Shown here one piece after another: positions 20,219 to 30,416 of a DNA stretch of 64,000 nucleotides. The stretch's first letter is position 1, and each line of letters opens with the position of its first letter. The position numbers were made by a program, and so were the translations under genes. The DNA lies in assembly GCA_963740315.1 (NCBI GenBank), contig CAVUDP010000001.1, forward strand, positions 768,001-832,000, read 5' to 3'. The notes below the pieces were generated by a model. It ran no database searches. It saw nothing but the letters and a program-made list of their open reading frames with translations, and had not been told where the DNA came from. The DNA is from an uncultured cyanobacterium (lineage in GTDB: Bacteria > Cyanobacteriota > Cyanobacteriia > Cyanobacteriales > Nostocaceae).

Positions 20219-20582
20219 ATTCATCAACAGCTTGTTGCGGATGTTCTTTGACTTCACCTCGCTGTCTGTCATTAAGTTCTTTTAATTGACGCTGCATAGC
20301 ATCGAAAGCATGACGAATTACTGAATCCACGGGTTCGTATTGAGTTCCTTTGTCGGGGCTGCGGTCTACTGCTAGTTCGTGAGCAGGTGGTACGGTGATA
20401 TCTAAGCGCACTCGATAGGGAGAACCGCTACTGGGATGGTCGTGTGCTTTTTCGATAGCTACGCGACAACTGCTAATATGGTCGCAAAATTGTTCTAATT
20501 TAGCAATCTTGGAATTTACTAATGAATCTAATGCTTCTGTTTTATCTACACCACGATAAGTAATTTCTGGTTGTATGTTCAT
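20199..20582 (-). CDS. HPF/RaiA-family ribosome-associated protein
   Basis: KIAKLEQF..ISSCRVAIE, YRVRLDITVP, AFDAMQRQL. Confidence 0.8.
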   Translation of the reverse strand: MNIQPEITYRGVDKTEALDSLVNSKIAKLEQFCDHISSCRVAIEKAHDHPSSGSPYRVRLDITVPPAHELAVDRSPDKGTQYEPVDSVIRHAFDAMQRQLKELNDRQRGEVKEHPQQAVDESVISEQ

Positions 20583-20916
20583 AAAATTTTACTTTGTATA
20601 TATGCTTGCGATCGGTCTCTGCATAATAATCAGGCAAGTATCCTGCTTTTGACTTCTTTCTCAAAGGTGAGAAATTTGCGATCGCCTTCTATCTTCCGTA
20701 GGAGATTTGATTAATTAAAAATTCTATCTCAATATTTTTTACAACATTTTATGCCGCTAATCTAAAAAAATAATTACTGTATCTATTGTTAAGAATCAAT
20801 TAGTTTTTGCAAAAGAATTACAGTTAATGCCATTCTAATGAATTTTTCGGATTTAATCGCTTGTTTTCCCGAATTTTGCGCTTATATCAGAAAAAGAAAC
20901 ACATTTAAAGGAAAAG

Positions 20917-22458
20917 ATGAATTCAATTCGCATTGAAGCGGAAAATTATAAAAATGCTATTGACAAAACCAGCGGCAATAGTGGTGGAAAGTACCGCTCT
21001 GATGATGTTGATATTGCATACAGTAACGATGTTGATGGTGGTTATTCGCTTGGTTGGATTGAGTCGGGGGAATGGTTGACTTATGATTTTACCGTTCCAA
21101 TATCGGGAGAATATCGCTTAGTTTCGCGCATGGCTTCGGCACAAGATGGAAATCATAGTTTTCAAGCAACTATTGGGCAACAAAAAGCGAATTTTGATGT
21201 AGGTAATACTGGTGGCTGGTGGAATTGGCAAAATGTTGATTCCGCTGAAATCTCTTTGGATGCAGGTAGTTACGAAATGCGTCTGGATATGTTGGGGAGT
21301 TCTTTTAATATTAATTACCTGGAGTTAATTCCTGTCTCTTCAGTAAAAAATAATAACTTAATTTATGGCGGTACGGGCAATAATTCTTTTTATGGCGATC
21401 GCGGCATAGATACTATTACTTATGATGCAGCTAATAGTGGTATTGTTGCAGACTTGAATTCTGGTAAGGTAACTCACGATTTTATAACTTCTTCTACACA
21501 ACCCCTTAAAATAATGCCTTTGGGTGATTCTAATACAGAAGGTTGGGGTAGTTGGGATTTAGGGGCTTACCGCGATGATTTATGGCAGTTATTTGAGAAC
21601 AATAATTATAATATAGATTTTGTCGGACCTCATGCAACTGGTCCGGTTGGTTTCGATCGCGATCATGCTGGATTTAGTGGCTGGAGAATAGCTGATATTG
21701 ACAGTGCTGTGGATGGTTGGTTAGATGATGCTCAACCAGATATAGTGCTATTAACAATCGGCACTAATGATATACTTCGAGCCGCCGATATGAGTACGGC
21801 ACCCAATCGTCTTAGCAATCTAATTGACACAATTAGCTATCATTCACCAAATACGCAGCTTTTAATAAGTTCGATTCCACCGATTAGTCGAACAGAAGAA
21901 CAACAACAGCAGGTTATAGAATTTAATTCATATATACCCGGCATTGTTGATAGTAAAGCGGCACAAGGTAAAAATGTTAGTTTCGTCGATATTTTCAGTG
22001 GATTAACATTCGATGATTTAGAAGATGGAGTTCATGCGACTGAAGAAGGCTATAAAAAAGTTGCTGATATTTGGTACGATGCAATTATTGACAACAATAG
22101 TCCTCAAGATAGCCTCAGTAATATCGAAAATATCATCGGTTCTCGTTACGATGATGGCATTATAGGTAACGCTGGTGTTAATACTATAAAAGGTGGTTTT
22201 GGTAACGATACATTAACTGGCGGCGGTGGTAGCGACAAATTTGTTTTAGCATCGAGAGAAGGAGTTGAGACTATTACCGATTTTGTCATAGGTGAAGATT
22301 ATTTAGTATTATCTAGCGGTTTAAATTTGCACGATATTACTGCTACTCAAGGTCTTGGTAGTAATATCAACAATACTTGGATTATGCATAAAGATGAAAC
22401 CTTAGCCATATTAACTGGAATGGAAGCACTTCGTCTTTCTGCTAATGATTTTGTTTGA
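20917..22458 (+). CDS. Secreted CBM6 + SGNH/GDSL hydrolase + RTX Ca-binding protein
   Basis: IRIEAENY..GEWLTY..TGGW (CBM6); IMPLGDSNT, IGTND, DGVH (SGNH); GGxGND repeats. Confidence 0.85.
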   Translation: MNSIRIEAENYKNAIDKTSGNSGGKYRSDDVDIAYSNDVDGGYSLGWIESGEWLTYDFTVPISGEYRLVSRMASAQDGNHSFQATIGQQKANFDVGNTGGWWNWQNVDSAEISLDAGSYEMRLDMLGSSFNINYLELIPVSSVKNNNLIYGGTGNNSFYGDRGIDTITYDAANSGIVADLNSGKVTHDFITSSTQPLKIMPLGDSNTEGWGSWDLGAYRDDLWQLFENNNYNIDFVGPHATGPVGFDRDHAGFSGWRIADIDSAVDGWLDDAQPDIVLLTIGTNDILRAADMSTAPNRLSNLIDTISYHSPNTQLLISSIPPISRTEEQQQQVIEFNSYIPGIVDSKAAQGKNVSFVDIFSGLTFDDLEDGVHATEEGYKKVADIWYDAIIDNNSPQDSLSNIENIIGSRYDDGIIGNAGVNTIKGGFGNDTLTGGGGSDKFVLASREGVETITDFVIGEDYLVLSSGLNLHDITATQGLGSNINNTWIMHKDETLAILTGMEALRLSANDFV

Positions 22459-22536
22459 ATTTAGTTGTTAGTTGTTAATTGTTAGTTGTTAGAAAAATTC
22501 CTAACTTTTAATTCCTAACTCCTAATTCCTAACTTT

Positions 22537-23355
22537 TTAAAGCTGCAATTGAGCTAACCCCAAATACTTAACTCCTTCGGGTGTAGTTTCAAAGCGACAA
22601 GGCAATACTTCTAAACCCATAGATACTGCTTGTCGTAATAATTTACCATATACGGGATCGGCAATATCGCCGGGTGCAAAGTGAGTGCAGTCGCTACGGT
22701 TAATAAAGTAAAGCATTACTCCACGAGTTTCGGGCAAAAGCGCCATTAATTCACGTATGTGCTTTTGTCCCCTTGTTGTTTCGGTGTCGGGAAATAAAGC
22801 TAATCTTTTATCCGTCCAAGTTGTATTTTTCACTTCTAAATATATTGAACGATTATCGTCTTTTGGTAAAGTTTTATTTTTTGTCTCTACATAATTACTA
22901 TTTATTGTAGTATCTAAAAGTGAAAGTTGTTTTGATAAATCAATTGCTTGTTCGGAGACAGGTAAATAAAAATCTACTCGGCTTTTTCTATCTTGTCCGT
23001 AAACAACTTCGCTTTTAACTTCATCGTATTTTCCTAATTCTGGAAAGATATTTTTTTGTAGCGCTATTTTAATAATTTTATTTGGTAAACCTGTATTTAC
23101 ACCTACCCAAGTTGGTTCGTTATCGTGCAATTGAATCATTTCCCAAGTGTAAGCTAATTTACGTTTGGGATTGTCTGTTTTTGATAGCTGTACTGGGTTT
23201 CCGGGAATATAAACACCTTTCATCGGTCCCGTATTCGGACAGTGTGCTGTAACAATTTCTCCAGAATCAAGTTTTACATCTGCAAAAAATCTTTTGTAGC
23301 GTTTTAGTAAAATTCCGGGATATAAAGTTGGGTAGCGGTAGAGGAAATCAATCAT
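22537..23355 (-). CDS. sfsA: DNA/RNA nuclease SfsA
   Basis: LKRYKRFFADV, AHCPNTGPM, EVKNT, FPDTETTRGQKH. Confidence 0.93.
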   Translation of the reverse strand: MIDFLYRYPTLYPGILLKRYKRFFADVKLDSGEIVTAHCPNTGPMKGVYIPGNPVQLSKTDNPKRKLAYTWEMIQLHDNEPTWVGVNTGLPNKIIKIALQKNIFPELGKYDEVKSEVVYGQDRKSRVDFYLPVSEQAIDLSKQLSLLDTTINSNYVETKNKTLPKDDNRSIYLEVKNTTWTDKRLALFPDTETTRGQKHIRELMALLPETRGVMLYFINRSDCTHFAPGDIADPVYGKLLRQAVSMGLEVLPCRFETTPEGVKYLGLAQLQL

Positions 23356-23567
23356 CAGTTAGCAGTTAGCAGTGAGCAGTGAACAGTTGGATTAAAAGAG
23401 TTATGAGTTATGAGTTACGAGTTAATAATTAATAGTTCAAATTTCTCCCCATCTCCCCATCTCCCCATCTTTCCATCTCCCCATGCCCAATGCCCAATTC
23501 CTAATTCGTCGGTTAGGATTAGTATCTATAATTAAAACGGAATAATATCTACTGAGTTAAGTTAACT

Positions 23568-24842
23568 ATGATGGAACAAGAATCGTTTGTAATGGGATTG
23601 GAAAAGGCAAAGCAGAAGGATTATACTGGCGCTGTTGAGGAATTTACCAAAGCGCTGCAAGTTAATCCCGAGTTTGTTGAGGCTTATTATCAACGAGGTT
23701 TAGCATACTACGATTTGGGGAAGATTGCACAAGCGGTTTTTGATTACGATCGGGTTTTGAAGCGGGATTCTTACAATGTAGAAGCATATTATTGTCGTGC
23801 TTTAGCTCGGTTGGCGCTGAAAAATTTACCCGGTGCTTTGAAAGATGTCGATCGCGCAATCTCCCTTAATTCTTATAAAGCTGGTGCTTACAATTTACGG
23901 GGTGTGGTAGAGCGTAAATTAGGAAATATTGAAGGTGCGATCGCCAATTTTAAAAAGGCAGCAGAGTTATATTTGGAGCAGCAGGATGCCGAAAATGCAA
24001 AGCGGTGTTTGGAGAAAGTGAAGCAGCTACAACCGCGCAAGCAAGAGGTTGTTGTAGAAAAACCGACGTTACAAACTACGCCGTTAATATCCGAGCAAGA
24101 TTATTTTACCGCTTTGTTGGAGAAAGCGGAGAAGGGAGACACCCGCGAAGCGATGGAAGACTTGAATTGGGTGTTAAGAGCAGATTTTCAGGATGGGAAA
24201 GCTTACTGCTGTCGCGGGGTTGTATATTGCAAGCAAGGAAAATATCGAGAAGCGATCGCAGATTTTAATGCCGCGCTACAGTTGAATTTTCAAGATGCTG
24301 CGGTTTATCGCAATCGTGGTAAAGCACGTCTAAAATTAGGGGATAATCAAGGGGCAATTGTTGATTTTAATCAAGCGTTAAGAATACAGCCCGAAGATGA
24401 TTTGATCTACGTTGCTAGAGGTAATGCTTATCAAGCCATAGGTCATTATTTGGGTGCAATTGAAGATTACGATAAAGCTTTAGAAATTAATTCGACTAGT
24501 GCAACAGCTTTGTATAATCGCGGTTTATGTAATGTTCGGATGGAAGAAATTCCTCAAGCAATTAATGATTTTCAGAATGCAGCAAGTATCTATTGCGAAA
24601 AAGAAGATTGGGATAATTATCAACTAGTTTTAGAAAGCTTGAAAAAAATACATTCTCCCGCTCCTGAAGTTAAGCAAAATGACTATGAAAAGTTACGCTA
24701 TCGATTATTAAGATTAGTTGGCGGGCAATGGGAAATTGCTCAAAGATTAATCGAACAAGCAAAATTTTATTATCCCGGTATGTCCGAAGAATGGTATATC
24801 GAAACAGTGATTCACGATCTAGAAAGGGATTTGGGGAGATAG
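23568..24842 (+). CDS. Tetratricopeptide repeat protein
   Basis: Multiple AYY.RG...GA..DF..AL repeats. Confidence 0.9.
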   Translation: MMEQESFVMGLEKAKQKDYTGAVEEFTKALQVNPEFVEAYYQRGLAYYDLGKIAQAVFDYDRVLKRDSYNVEAYYCRALARLALKNLPGALKDVDRAISLNSYKAGAYNLRGVVERKLGNIEGAIANFKKAAELYLEQQDAENAKRCLEKVKQLQPRKQEVVVEKPTLQTTPLISEQDYFTALLEKAEKGDTREAMEDLNWVLRADFQDGKAYCCRGVVYCKQGKYREAIADFNAALQLNFQDAAVYRNRGKARLKLGDNQGAIVDFNQALRIQPEDDLIYVARGNAYQAIGHYLGAIEDYDKALEINSTSATALYNRGLCNVRMEEIPQAINDFQNAASIYCEKEDWDNYQLVLESLKKIHSPAPEVKQNDYEKLRYRLLRLVGGQWEIAQRLIEQAKFYYPGMSEEWYIETVIHDLERDLGR

Positions 24843-24945
24843 AATCAATTTTCGATTATGCTTATAATTGAAATTACAGGCTTATATAAATCCTTGCATC
24901 GAGAATTTTGAATCAGTTGTAAACTTAAATAAAAGGTAAACTGCT

Positions 24946-25161
24946 ATGCTAAAAACTATTGAAGGAATTTATAAAGACGGTAAAATAGAACTTGCCGAAA
25001 CACCACAAAATATTACTGAAAGCCGAGTCTTCGTTACTTTCTTAGAAACCAAACCGACTACTTGGTCATCTACGATTTTAGAATATAAAGGAGTAGAAGA
25101 AAGTATTATTTTTGAATCTTACCGAGACGAATTATTACCACCAAGCGAAATAGATTTATAA
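24946..25161 (+). CDS. Putative antitoxin (VapB-like) upstream of the PIN toxin
   Basis: 71 aa, MLKTIEGIYKDGKIEL; 2 bp before vapC. Confidence 0.65.
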   Translation: MLKTIEGIYKDGKIELAETPQNITESRVFVTFLETKPTTWSSTILEYKGVEESIIFESYRDELLPPSEIDL

Positions 25162-25163
25162 TA

Positions 25164-25541
25164 ATGGGTTACTTACTCGATACTTGCGTAGTTAGTGATT
25201 TCGTTAAAGGAGAAACAAACACTTTGTCAGATATTTTTGTTTCATCTTTAACAGTTATGGTTAAATATGGTTTAGCTATCAATCCTCAACGTGCAGTAAA
25301 AATTCAATCATTGATTCAAACATTTTTAAGTTCAGTTACAATTTTACCTTTTGGTGAGGAAGAAGCCGAGCAAACCGCCAAAATAAGAAGCATTCTGAAA
25401 ACAGCAGGTACTCCAATTGGTGCCTATGATGTACTTATTGCAGCAACAGCCTTAACTCATAATCATATTGTTGTTACATCTAACGTCCGAGAATTTGAAA
25501 GAATATCTGGTTTACAAATTGAAAATTGGCGTTTGAAATAA
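25164..25541 (+). CDS. vapC: VapC/PIN-domain toxin, probably degenerate
   Basis: YLLDTC, GTPIGAYDVLIAATAL, VTSNVREF; the expected Glu is absent in SSLTVMVKYG. Confidence 0.75.
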   Translation: MGYLLDTCVVSDFVKGETNTLSDIFVSSLTVMVKYGLAINPQRAVKIQSLIQTFLSSVTILPFGEEEAEQTAKIRSILKTAGTPIGAYDVLIAATALTHNHIVVTSNVREFERISGLQIENWRLK

Positions 25542-25692
25542 TAAATATCTCCCAATCGATAAATACAAACAACTTTAACTAAACTTCATAAAAAATATAG
25601 AATTCTTTACCAAATTAAATCATAAATCCACTGATAGACTGTGTAGACATATTATTACCAGCTACGCAAACTTCTGGATTGGAGGGTTTGGA

Positions 25693-28425
25693 ATGAAAAA
25701 TTTTTGGAATGCGACTTTTCAAGCTATCTTTTGGCTGTGGAATTTAACTTTTTTAGCAGTAGTATATTTTGGTATATTACCTTTTATTGCCCCGTTTTTA
25801 TTTGTATCAACCTTTAGAGGTGAAACTCCGCTTGAATTATCTTTAACTGTAGTGGCTTTAGTTGCAATTCCTACAGCTTGCAGCATTATTGGGGCTAAGC
25901 GATTTCTTAAACAACCTTTACAGCTGATCCGTTTATTTTATGGCGTAGAAGCACCGTTATTTTTATTGTGTTGGCTGAGATTATTTTTAATCCGAGAAAT
26001 GACACCTGCGAGCATTCATATCATTGCTACAGCAGGTTTAGCTATTGCAGCATTTTTTGTAGATTTGCTGTGGGGTTATAACAACCGACGTAAAACAAGT
26101 TTGCAGTGGATGCAGATGCTAACAAACAGTTTAATGCTGCTGTTTGGGGTTTATGCAGGGGCTTTGCTGCTATTTTATGCTTTACCTTTTACGGTATATC
26201 TCGTACAAGAGTTTATTAAGTTTAATTGGTTGAGCAGTATATTCAATTCTTTGTTTTATGGAGGATTTTTCGGATTTTCATTTCTGCTATTAATAGGCTT
26301 GAGTTGTCTTTTATTTGTTATTATGCCTTCGGTATTGTCGGGAATGTACGTTTATTCCGGACAAAAAGTTATCCGAGAATTCGCCGCACGGTATGGTAAT
26401 AAACGCGCTTTTGCAGGTGTTAGTGGAATTTTAGCTGCTTCTGTAATTTTGTTTGTTTCCTTACAACAACAGCCGCAAGTACAAGCATTTTCATTACTTA
26501 ATAATCCTGCAACTACAGACAGTAACCGCCAAGTTTTATTATCAAAATCAAGCGAAATTAAATCGGGTTTAGTCAACGCTTATTTATCTTCTTACCGCTA
26601 TCTCAGCAGCAGACAAGATAGTAATAGTATCAGCGTTATGTACCGTCAAGCTTTGGGTTTAAATAAACCTGCTGCGGATTCGGTACAGCAAGTTTACAAC
26701 TTTTTGATATCACCTTTTTTATATAATGGTTTTGCACAAGATACTGAAAAAGCAGAAAAACTCTATGAGGAATTTTTTGATAAACCCATACAAAAAGCAG
26801 AAGTAGCAGCGATTACTCATGCAGTGCAGTCAACTTTCGATCGACAAGAAGTTAAAGCTGGTTTACTAAATATTAACGAGAAAAAAGTTTGGTTGGAATC
26901 CCAGCAAGTTACTGTTAAAGAACAAGGCGATCGCGCTGAGGTGGAACTTTACGAAGTCTACAAAAACCAAACACCGGAAGTTCAAGAAGTATTTTATTAC
27001 TTTTCGTTACCGGAAAGCGCGGTAATTACAGGTTTATGGTTGGGAGACACCAGCGATCGCAATAAACGCTTTGAATTTGTAGTTTCTCCCAGAGGTGCAG
27101 CACAAAAGGTTTATAATTCTCAAGTAAGAAGAGAACGTCCTGTAGATCCGGCATTATTAGAACAAGTAGGACCTAGACATTATCGTTTAAGAGCGTTTCC
27201 GATTCCTCGTAATAATGTAGAGCAAATCGCAAATCAACCAGCTCGCGCTACAGAAATGAATTTGTGGTTAACTTATCAAGTAATGGTTGAAGATAAAGGT
27301 GTGGCTTTACCAACTTTAGGAGAAAAGCGTAACATCTTTTGGACGGATAAAACCAAACGCATTCGCAACGGGAAACAGGTAAAAATTGCAAAAGATGCTT
27401 GGTTAGAAGATTTTATCAGTACAAAAAAATCAAAACCACAATCTCACGAAATCGAATTAACTGAAGGTTACAAAATCACAGCCAAACCTTTATCTAAAAA
27501 AGATTATTCCTTACCTCAAAACAAAAAAATTGCTTTAATTCTTGATTCATCTCGCAGCATGAGTTTCCATGTCAAAGAATTATCTCAAAACTTAACATGG
27601 TTGAAACAACACTCGAAAAATAACGATGCAGACTTGTATATTACCGCTTCCGGGAAAGCAAAACCGCAGCGTTTAGACGACATCCGTAAATTTAAAGCTG
27701 ATAAATTCACCTTTTACGGAAGCTTACAAACCCCAGAAATGTTAAAGCAATTCAACCAACTGCGAGGAGACACATCCTATGACGCAATATTGTTGTTAAC
27801 AGATGCAGGAAGTTATGAATTATCCAAAAATAACAAAGATATTCCCACAACACCCGCACCATTATGGATGGTACACAACGGTAAACTACCCTTCTCCTAC
27901 ACCGACGGAATAATCAAAGCAATTCAAGATAGCGGTGGTGGAGTTTCCACTTCACTTTCCGAAGTATTGCAAAGAATTGCCACAAAAGCAACTTTGGGAG
28001 ATTCCGTAGTTGACGTAGTTGATGGTTACGCTTGGTATCTGGAAAAAACCGATGGAGAAACCGATAATAATTCCAAACAAACTGGTTTTCAACAACTTGC
28101 AGCCAGACAATTAATCCGGGGATTGAGCAAACAAGTTAAACTAGATAACTTAGAAAGCTTAGATGCAATTCACGCTGTAGCCAAAAAATATAAATTAGTT
28201 TCCCCTTATTCTTCGATGTTAGTGTTAGTAAATGACGAACAAAGACGTTTACTTAAAGAAGCAGAAGCCGCCAAAGATAGATTCAATCGCAAATTAGAAA
28301 GCGGTAAAGAAGATTTGAGCAAACCTAACAATCCCTTAAAAACCAGCGTACCCGAATCTTCCAATGGATTGGTATTAGCTGGAAGTGGATTATTATTGCT
28401 TTGGTTTGTGAAACGCAAACGTTAA
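25693..28425 (+). CDS. PEP-CTERM system integral membrane protein (TIGR02921-like; TM + VIT + vWA-like)
   Basis: N-terminal TM bundle, FSLPESAVITGLWLG, DPALLEQ, LDSSRSM; C-terminal VPES-TM-KRKR sorting signal. Confidence 0.85.
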   Translation: MKNFWNATFQAIFWLWNLTFLAVVYFGILPFIAPFLFVSTFRGETPLELSLTVVALVAIPTACSIIGAKRFLKQPLQLIRLFYGVEAPLFLLCWLRLFLIREMTPASIHIIATAGLAIAAFFVDLLWGYNNRRKTSLQWMQMLTNSLMLLFGVYAGALLLFYALPFTVYLVQEFIKFNWLSSIFNSLFYGGFFGFSFLLLIGLSCLLFVIMPSVLSGMYVYSGQKVIREFAARYGNKRAFAGVSGILAASVILFVSLQQQPQVQAFSLLNNPATTDSNRQVLLSKSSEIKSGLVNAYLSSYRYLSSRQDSNSISVMYRQALGLNKPAADSVQQVYNFLISPFLYNGFAQDTEKAEKLYEEFFDKPIQKAEVAAITHAVQSTFDRQEVKAGLLNINEKKVWLESQQVTVKEQGDRAEVELYEVYKNQTPEVQEVFYYFSLPESAVITGLWLGDTSDRNKRFEFVVSPRGAAQKVYNSQVRRERPVDPALLEQVGPRHYRLRAFPIPRNNVEQIANQPARATEMNLWLTYQVMVEDKGVALPTLGEKRNIFWTDKTKRIRNGKQVKIAKDAWLEDFISTKKSKPQSHEIELTEGYKITAKPLSKKDYSLPQNKKIALILDSSRSMSFHVKELSQNLTWLKQHSKNNDADLYITASGKAKPQRLDDIRKFKADKFTFYGSLQTPEMLKQFNQLRGDTSYDAILLLTDAGSYELSKNNKDIPTTPAPLWMVHNGKLPFSYTDGIIKAIQDSGGGVSTSLSEVLQRIATKATLGDSVVDVVDGYAWYLEKTDGETDNNSKQTGFQQLAARQLIRGLSKQVKLDNLESLDAIHAVAKKYKLVSPYSSMLVLVNDEQRRLLKEAEAAKDRFNRKLESGKEDLSKPNNPLKTSVPESSNGLVLAGSGLLLLWFVKRKR

Positions 28426-28489
28426 TCAATTATCAATTAATTTTTGATTGTTCGTAGTAAGGGCTTTAGCCCTTGTTGCAAGATAGATA

Positions 28490-28656
28490 GTAGGTTGGGT
28501 TAGACACGATAATAAATTTAACTTGTTACGAAAAAATGAATTCCCAAAGTGTCGTAACCCAACATGATGATTGTAGATAAATATTATGTTGGGTTACGGT
28601 TAAAATATAGATTGTTTGTTTAAAGTTAATATTAGAGTGAACTTAAACCAACTTAC
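28490..28656. repeat. REP doublet (REPIN-like) copy 1
   Basis: GTAGGTTGGGTTAGACAC..GTGTCGTAACCCAAC-spacer-GTTGGGTTACGGTT..GAACTTAAACCAACTTAC. Confidence 0.85.
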
Positions 28657-28678
28657 AAACTAGTTTATAAAAGAAAAA

Positions 28679-29176
28679 ATGAGTTATGCATTTGAAGGGG
28701 TTTTATGTGTTGCGTCTTTTGAAAATATTCAATCTATTAGTTCGCAAATATCTACTCCTTTTAAATTAAAAGTAGATAAAATTAATGATTGCTTATCATC
28801 TTTATCTAGAGTTGAAGATAGAAGAAATTGGGTGTTTTCTTCAGAAATGGAGTACGTAGCTAGTCAAATATCAGTAATATTTTCTAAAGCTATCTTAGTT
28901 CGATATGATGATAGGGTTGGGTATAGAGAATCAATTTTGTTTCAGGAAGGTCTTCCTTTGAAAACATTTGATTTAGCAGATGAGATTTGGGTAATGCTTG
29001 ATGAAAATGGGGAACCAATTGTTAATGGTCTAAAATTTACAACAGAACAGATAGAAGATGATGATAATGAAGAGTACGAAACTATTTGTAATGCAATTCA
29101 ATTAGGTTTAGAGTCACTTGGAATAAATACAAATGCTTGGAAAGAGGTTCATTCATTTATCACAAAATTCAATTAG
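28679..29176 (+). CDS. Hypothetical acidic protein flanked by REP doublets
   Basis: 165-aa ORF with no recognised motif. Confidence 0.7.
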   Translation: MSYAFEGVLCVASFENIQSISSQISTPFKLKVDKINDCLSSLSRVEDRRNWVFSSEMEYVASQISVIFSKAILVRYDDRVGYRESILFQEGLPLKTFDLADEIWVMLDENGEPIVNGLKFTTEQIEDDDNEEYETICNAIQLGLESLGINTNAWKEVHSFITKFN

Positions 29177-29193
29177 AGAGATATTAAGAGCTA

Positions 29194-29376
29194 GTAGGTT
29201 GGGTTAAACACGAAAACAAATTTAGGTTGTATTTAAAATTGTATTTATCGTGTCGTAACCCAACATCATGATTATAGATAAATCTGGTAAAAAAACCTCA
29301 TAATTAATGTTGGGTTACGGTTCAAATTTAGATTATTCGTTAAAAACTATATTTTCGTGAACCTAACCCAACCTAC
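29194..29376. repeat. REP doublet copy 2
   Basis: Same architecture, ends AACCCAACCTAC; supplies the TAG stop of the adjacent Rpn gene. Confidence 0.88.
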
Positions 29377-30200
29377 AAATTACTCACATTTTCCTCAAGC
29401 CAAGCAACTAAATCGGAAACATTTGAAAAGCTCAAAAACTCTTCCCCCAACACTTCCAATTGTTCGGTAGATAATACCCGAATACGTTCAACTATTGATG
29501 AATCAATCTCACCAAAACGTCGATTTAATTGTCGATTAAGAAAACGAAAAGCTTCTTTTTGCTCTCCCTTTTGTAAAATATCTTGATAAATAACTGAATC
29601 CTGCATAATATCCTCGCTTAATAACTGACGAATCAAACTTTTCTCAAACCGCAAACCAGCTAAAATCTCAGTGTACGCTGCTGTATTTTGCCTCGTCTCC
29701 CTATCTGAAATTTTAGCGACTTCCTTAGCAACCTGCGATAATAAAGTTTGTGGGGAATTAGTTTGACATAAAGGTGCTAGCGGCAATAATCCCAAGCTAT
29801 TCAAAAATAAGCTAGAATCTTGCTCCCACATTCTTATTACTCGATAGCGATGTAAGGTTGTATCGTCTACATATTGTTCTGTATAAGCAATTTCGTCATC
29901 AGTTTGTTGCAAAAAGATTACTACTTGTACAACTCTACATTTATACTGACGTTTCAACCTTACTGAATAATCCAGCGTTCGGAAAGGAATTCCAGGTTTA
30001 GATTGGGTTAAAGTCTGAAATTCGATATGCAAAATTTGATTTTCAGTTTGGATAAAAGTTACCGAATCTGCGCGAATTGGTTCTATACTTAATTCTGTTT
30101 TCAACACTTTAACATTTGTAGATTCGGATGCAGTTAACCACCGCACAAATTCTGCGGGATACTTTTCTGCCAACAGCTTACAGACGTTATCAAAACTCAT
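29373..30200 (-). CDS. Rpn-family recombination-promoting nuclease / DUF4351 protein
   Basis: MSFDNVCKLLAE, TELSIEPIRADS, LHIEFQT, C-terminal RRFG..LS.EQLE.LGE..L; start ATG 30200. Confidence 0.85.
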   Translation of the reverse strand: MSFDNVCKLLAEKYPAEFVRWLTASESTNVKVLKTELSIEPIRADSVTFIQTENQILHIEFQTLTQSKPGIPFRTLDYSVRLKRQYKCRVVQVVIFLQQTDDEIAYTEQYVDDTTLHRYRVIRMWEQDSSLFLNSLGLLPLAPLCQTNSPQTLLSQVAKEVAKISDRETRQNTAAYTEILAGLRFEKSLIRQLLSEDIMQDSVIYQDILQKGEQKEAFRFLNRQLNRRFGEIDSSIVERIRVLSTEQLEVLGEEFLSFSNVSDLVAWLEENVSNL

Positions 30201-30246
30201 GATATTAAAAACAGTGAGCAGTGAACAGTGAACAGTGAACAGAAAG

Positions 30247-30413
30247 GTAGGTTGGGTTAGACACGAAAACAAATGTAGGTTGTAATTAAGATTTTTATTT
30301 ATCGTGTCGTAACCCAACCGGAGCGATTGTGAATAAATATGATGTTGGGTTACGGTTCAAATAGAAATGATTTGTTTGCAACCAATTAATAGTGAACCGT
30401 GAAGCTAACCTAC
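30247..30413. repeat. REP doublet copy 3
   Basis: Left arm nearly identical to copy 2; right arm degenerate. Confidence 0.82.
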
Positions 30414-30416
30414 AAA

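Noticed and set aside
30201..30317. N-terminal extension of the Rpn ORF
   Set aside because: It lies in REP and STRR sequence; the family start is MSFDNVCK
28490..30413. REP doublets as CRISPR repeats or true integron attC sites
   Set aside because: Inverted doublet architecture with GTAG ends fits REP/REPIN; no regular repeat-spacer period and no integrase seen
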